Assembly (NCBI GenBank): GCA_030704615.1 | Contig: CM060731.1 | Span: 6,696,001-6,760,000 of the forward strand | Length of the DNA: 64,000 nt | Direction: 5' to 3' | Origin: Takakia lepidozioides | Taxonomy: Eukaryota > Plantae > Bryophyta | Shown here: positions 62,211 to 64,000 of the stretch, piece after piece | How the letters are laid out: the number at the start of each line of letters is the position of its first letter | Numbering within the stretch: the stretch's first letter is position 1 | Program-made: the position numbers and the translations under genes | The notes under the pieces: generated by a model | The model's database searches: none | Seen by the model: only the letters and a program-made list of their open reading frames with translations | Told to the model about the DNA's origin: nothing

Positions 62211-64000
62211 ATGGGGTCGGGCAAGCCGAAGCGAAAGCGGAACGGCCCAAAAGATGATGATCCCAGTGAGCCCGATGGGGGCGACGTGTCACCGAGGCGG
62301 CCGTTTGAGGAAGCGATGCATGTTTCCGAAAACGAGGGCGCTCAAGAGCGGGAGGAATCCGAGGAGTCGGAGCCCGAGGAATCCTTGAGAGCTCCGACAA
62401 ACCAAGAGATGCCTCCCATGCCGGCAGCCTTTTGGGAAGGGTTGTTGGCGCAGTTTGGCGGGACGTTGAAAGACGTGTTGAAGGCGGCTAATGCCACTTC
62501 CACTAAGGCAAAGTTTAAGGTGAAGCCTAAGGAACCCGGCACCTTCGAGGGCGTCCGAAATCGGAAGGCACTCAACACCTGGCTCTTGGAGCTGGAGCAG
62601 TACTTCCGGGCGGCCAAGTTGAGTGACGAGGATCGCGTGGAAGTGGCTCCCACCTATTTGAGGGGCTATGCTCAACAATGGTGGCAAAAACGCCTTCACG
62701 ACCGAGGTCCAAGTCCGGAAACCTTGAACTGGAGTGGGTTCAAGGAATTGATGAAGAGACAGTTTGTGCCCCTCAACGCGTCCTGGCTTGCCCGAGACAA
62801 GATGAGGAATTTGAAGCAAACAGATGACATTCGGGGGTATGTCCAAGCTTTCAATGTGCTGTTGCTCGAAGTCGCGGACATGGCAGAACCAGAAATGGTC
62901 TTCAACTTTGTGGCGGGACTGGCCCCGTGGGCCAGGCGGAAGTTGGAGGAGAAGCCACCCAAGACTTTGAACGAGGCAATTGAGAGGGCTGAATGTTTCT
63001 CGGATGTCCCTAGGGGTGAGAGACAAGGCCGTACGGAGCTGAACCACAAGAAGACCCGGCGGGAAGGTGACTCCTTCCGACCGGAAAAGAAGTGGGATAG
63101 GCCACGCGGCGACAATGGCACGTGGAAATCGAAGGGAGGGCCTTCACACGTCAAGGCAGCACCCGGTGCTTCGAAAGGAAAAGCGGGTGGAGCGGCTTAT
63201 GGCGGACAGAAGGCGACCTTTGATGGAGTGTGTTTCAATTGCGGGGAGCCCGGGCACATGGCCAAGAAGTGCACGAAGCCCCGGCAATTGAACATGACTC
63301 GGGCGACCACGGAGCTGTCGGAAGATACCATCAGTCGCTTGGTGGAAGTGGTGGTCGCCAGGACTTGCAAGGTAGGCAAATTTTCTTGTGAGTTGTATCA
63401 GGAAACTGGCGCCTTACGAAAAGGGAGTCAGTTATTGTTCGTGGATGGGATAATATCCGGAACTAATGTGTCGTTGTTGGTGGACACAGGAGCGTCGCAC
63501 TCCTTCATGACACCGGCAACGGCACAAAAGCTGGGACTCCCGACAAGTGACGTGGGGGCCTCTATTGAGGTGCGTTCTGCCAAAGGAGAACCACAGTTGG
63601 CGACGAGGTTGGCGTTTGATGTTCTTCTTCAACTGGGGAGTTGGGAGGGACGTGAGAACTTCACCATCTGCGAGATCGATGGAGTAGATCTCATTTTGGG
63701 GATGACCTTTTTGAGCAAATCCGGAGCGTTCATAGATGGCCGCAAGAGAGTAGTCACGCTGCCATGTGGGAATGGTGGCAAGGTCTTACGAGTGTCGGAA
63801 ACGCCCAAATCCGTGGGAGGGCGAATAAACCTTCTGTCAGCAAGGGAGTGGGCCGTGGAGGAGGCACACGAACCCCAGTTTTTGCTTTACGTTAGAGAAG
63901 TGAAGGGAGAAGGCGATGGGGAGCCGAGCCCAGATTGGATCAAGGGGATTTTGGAGAAATACCAGGATGTGATGCCGGAGGATTTACCAAGCGGCTTGCC
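62211..64000 (+). CDS. gag-pol polyprotein, partial (open to window end, so absent from the ORF track)
   Basis: KEPGTFEG, YLRGYAQQWW, CCHC knuckle CFNCGEPGHMAKKC, protease LVDTGASHSF and DLILGMTFL, ending ILEKYQDVMPEDLP. Confidence 0.9.
   Translation, partial: MGSGKPKRKRNGPKDDDPSEPDGGDVSPRRPFEEAMHVSENEGAQEREESEESEPEESLRAPTNQEMPPMPAAFWEGLLAQFGGTLKDVLKAANATSTKAKFKVKPKEPGTFEGVRNRKALNTWLLELEQYFRAAKLSDEDRVEVAPTYLRGYAQQWWQKRLHDRGPSPETLNWSGFKELMKRQFVPLNASWLARDKMRNLKQTDDIRGYVQAFNVLLLEVADMAEPEMVFNFVAGLAPWARRKLEEKPPKTLNEAIERAECFSDVPRGERQGRTELNHKKTRREGDSFRPEKKWDRPRGDNGTWKSKGGPSHVKAAPGASKGKAGGAAYGGQKATFDGVCFNCGEPGHMAKKCTKPRQLNMTRATTELSEDTISRLVEVVVARTCKVGKFSCELYQETGALRKGSQLLFVDGIISGTNVSLLVDTGASHSFMTPATAQKLGLPTSDVGASIEVRSAKGEPQLATRLAFDVLLQLGSWEGRENFTICEIDGVDLILGMTFLSKSGAFIDGRKRVVTLPCGNGGKVLRVSETPKSVGGRINLLSAREWAVEEAHEPQFLLYVREVKGEGDGEPSPDWIKGILEKYQDVMPEDLPSGL

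Larger units (their letters stand above)
61884..64000 (+). mobile_element. Ty3/Gypsy retrotransposon (chromovirus-like gag-pol), runs off window
   Basis: LTR, short leader, uninterrupted gag-protease ORF. Confidence 0.9.

Noticed and set aside
62289-63047. 252-aa minus-strand ORF
   Set aside because: Shadow of the gag ORF on the plus strand.

Overview
Eukaryotic, intron-containing, TE-rich land-plant DNA. Gene and TE style suggests a non-seed plant, probably a bryophyte (inference). Two intact host genes were reconstructed exon by exon: a 9-exon triacylglycerol lipase (- strand, 24491-29060, 392 aa) and a 12-exon BIG-type Sec7 ARF-GEF (+ strand, 49682-58200, 1758 aa) carrying the Met-to-Leu substitution associated with brefeldin A resistance. 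The rest is nested mobile DNA. (1) The 3' part of a Ty3/Gypsy element with an extra ORF (1-7213), inserted into a hAT transposase. (2) A ~14 kb composite block (8451-22280) with co-oriented decayed protein-kinase, RING-H2 and SWIM genes, 120-bp and hairpin repeat arrays, a tRNA-derived SINE and a second hAT transposase; possibly a giant cargo-carrying transposon. (3) A structurally complete 12.5 kb Mutator-like element (32169-44689) with long TIRs, a 9-bp TSD, a SWIM transposase and a Ulp1-protease gene. (4) Several MITE-type elements. (5) The 5' end of a young Gypsy element (61884-64000) whose primer-binding position matches helix 69 of 25S/28S rRNA instead of a tRNA 3' end. Coordinates were read by hand and may be off by a few bases; no database searches were run.
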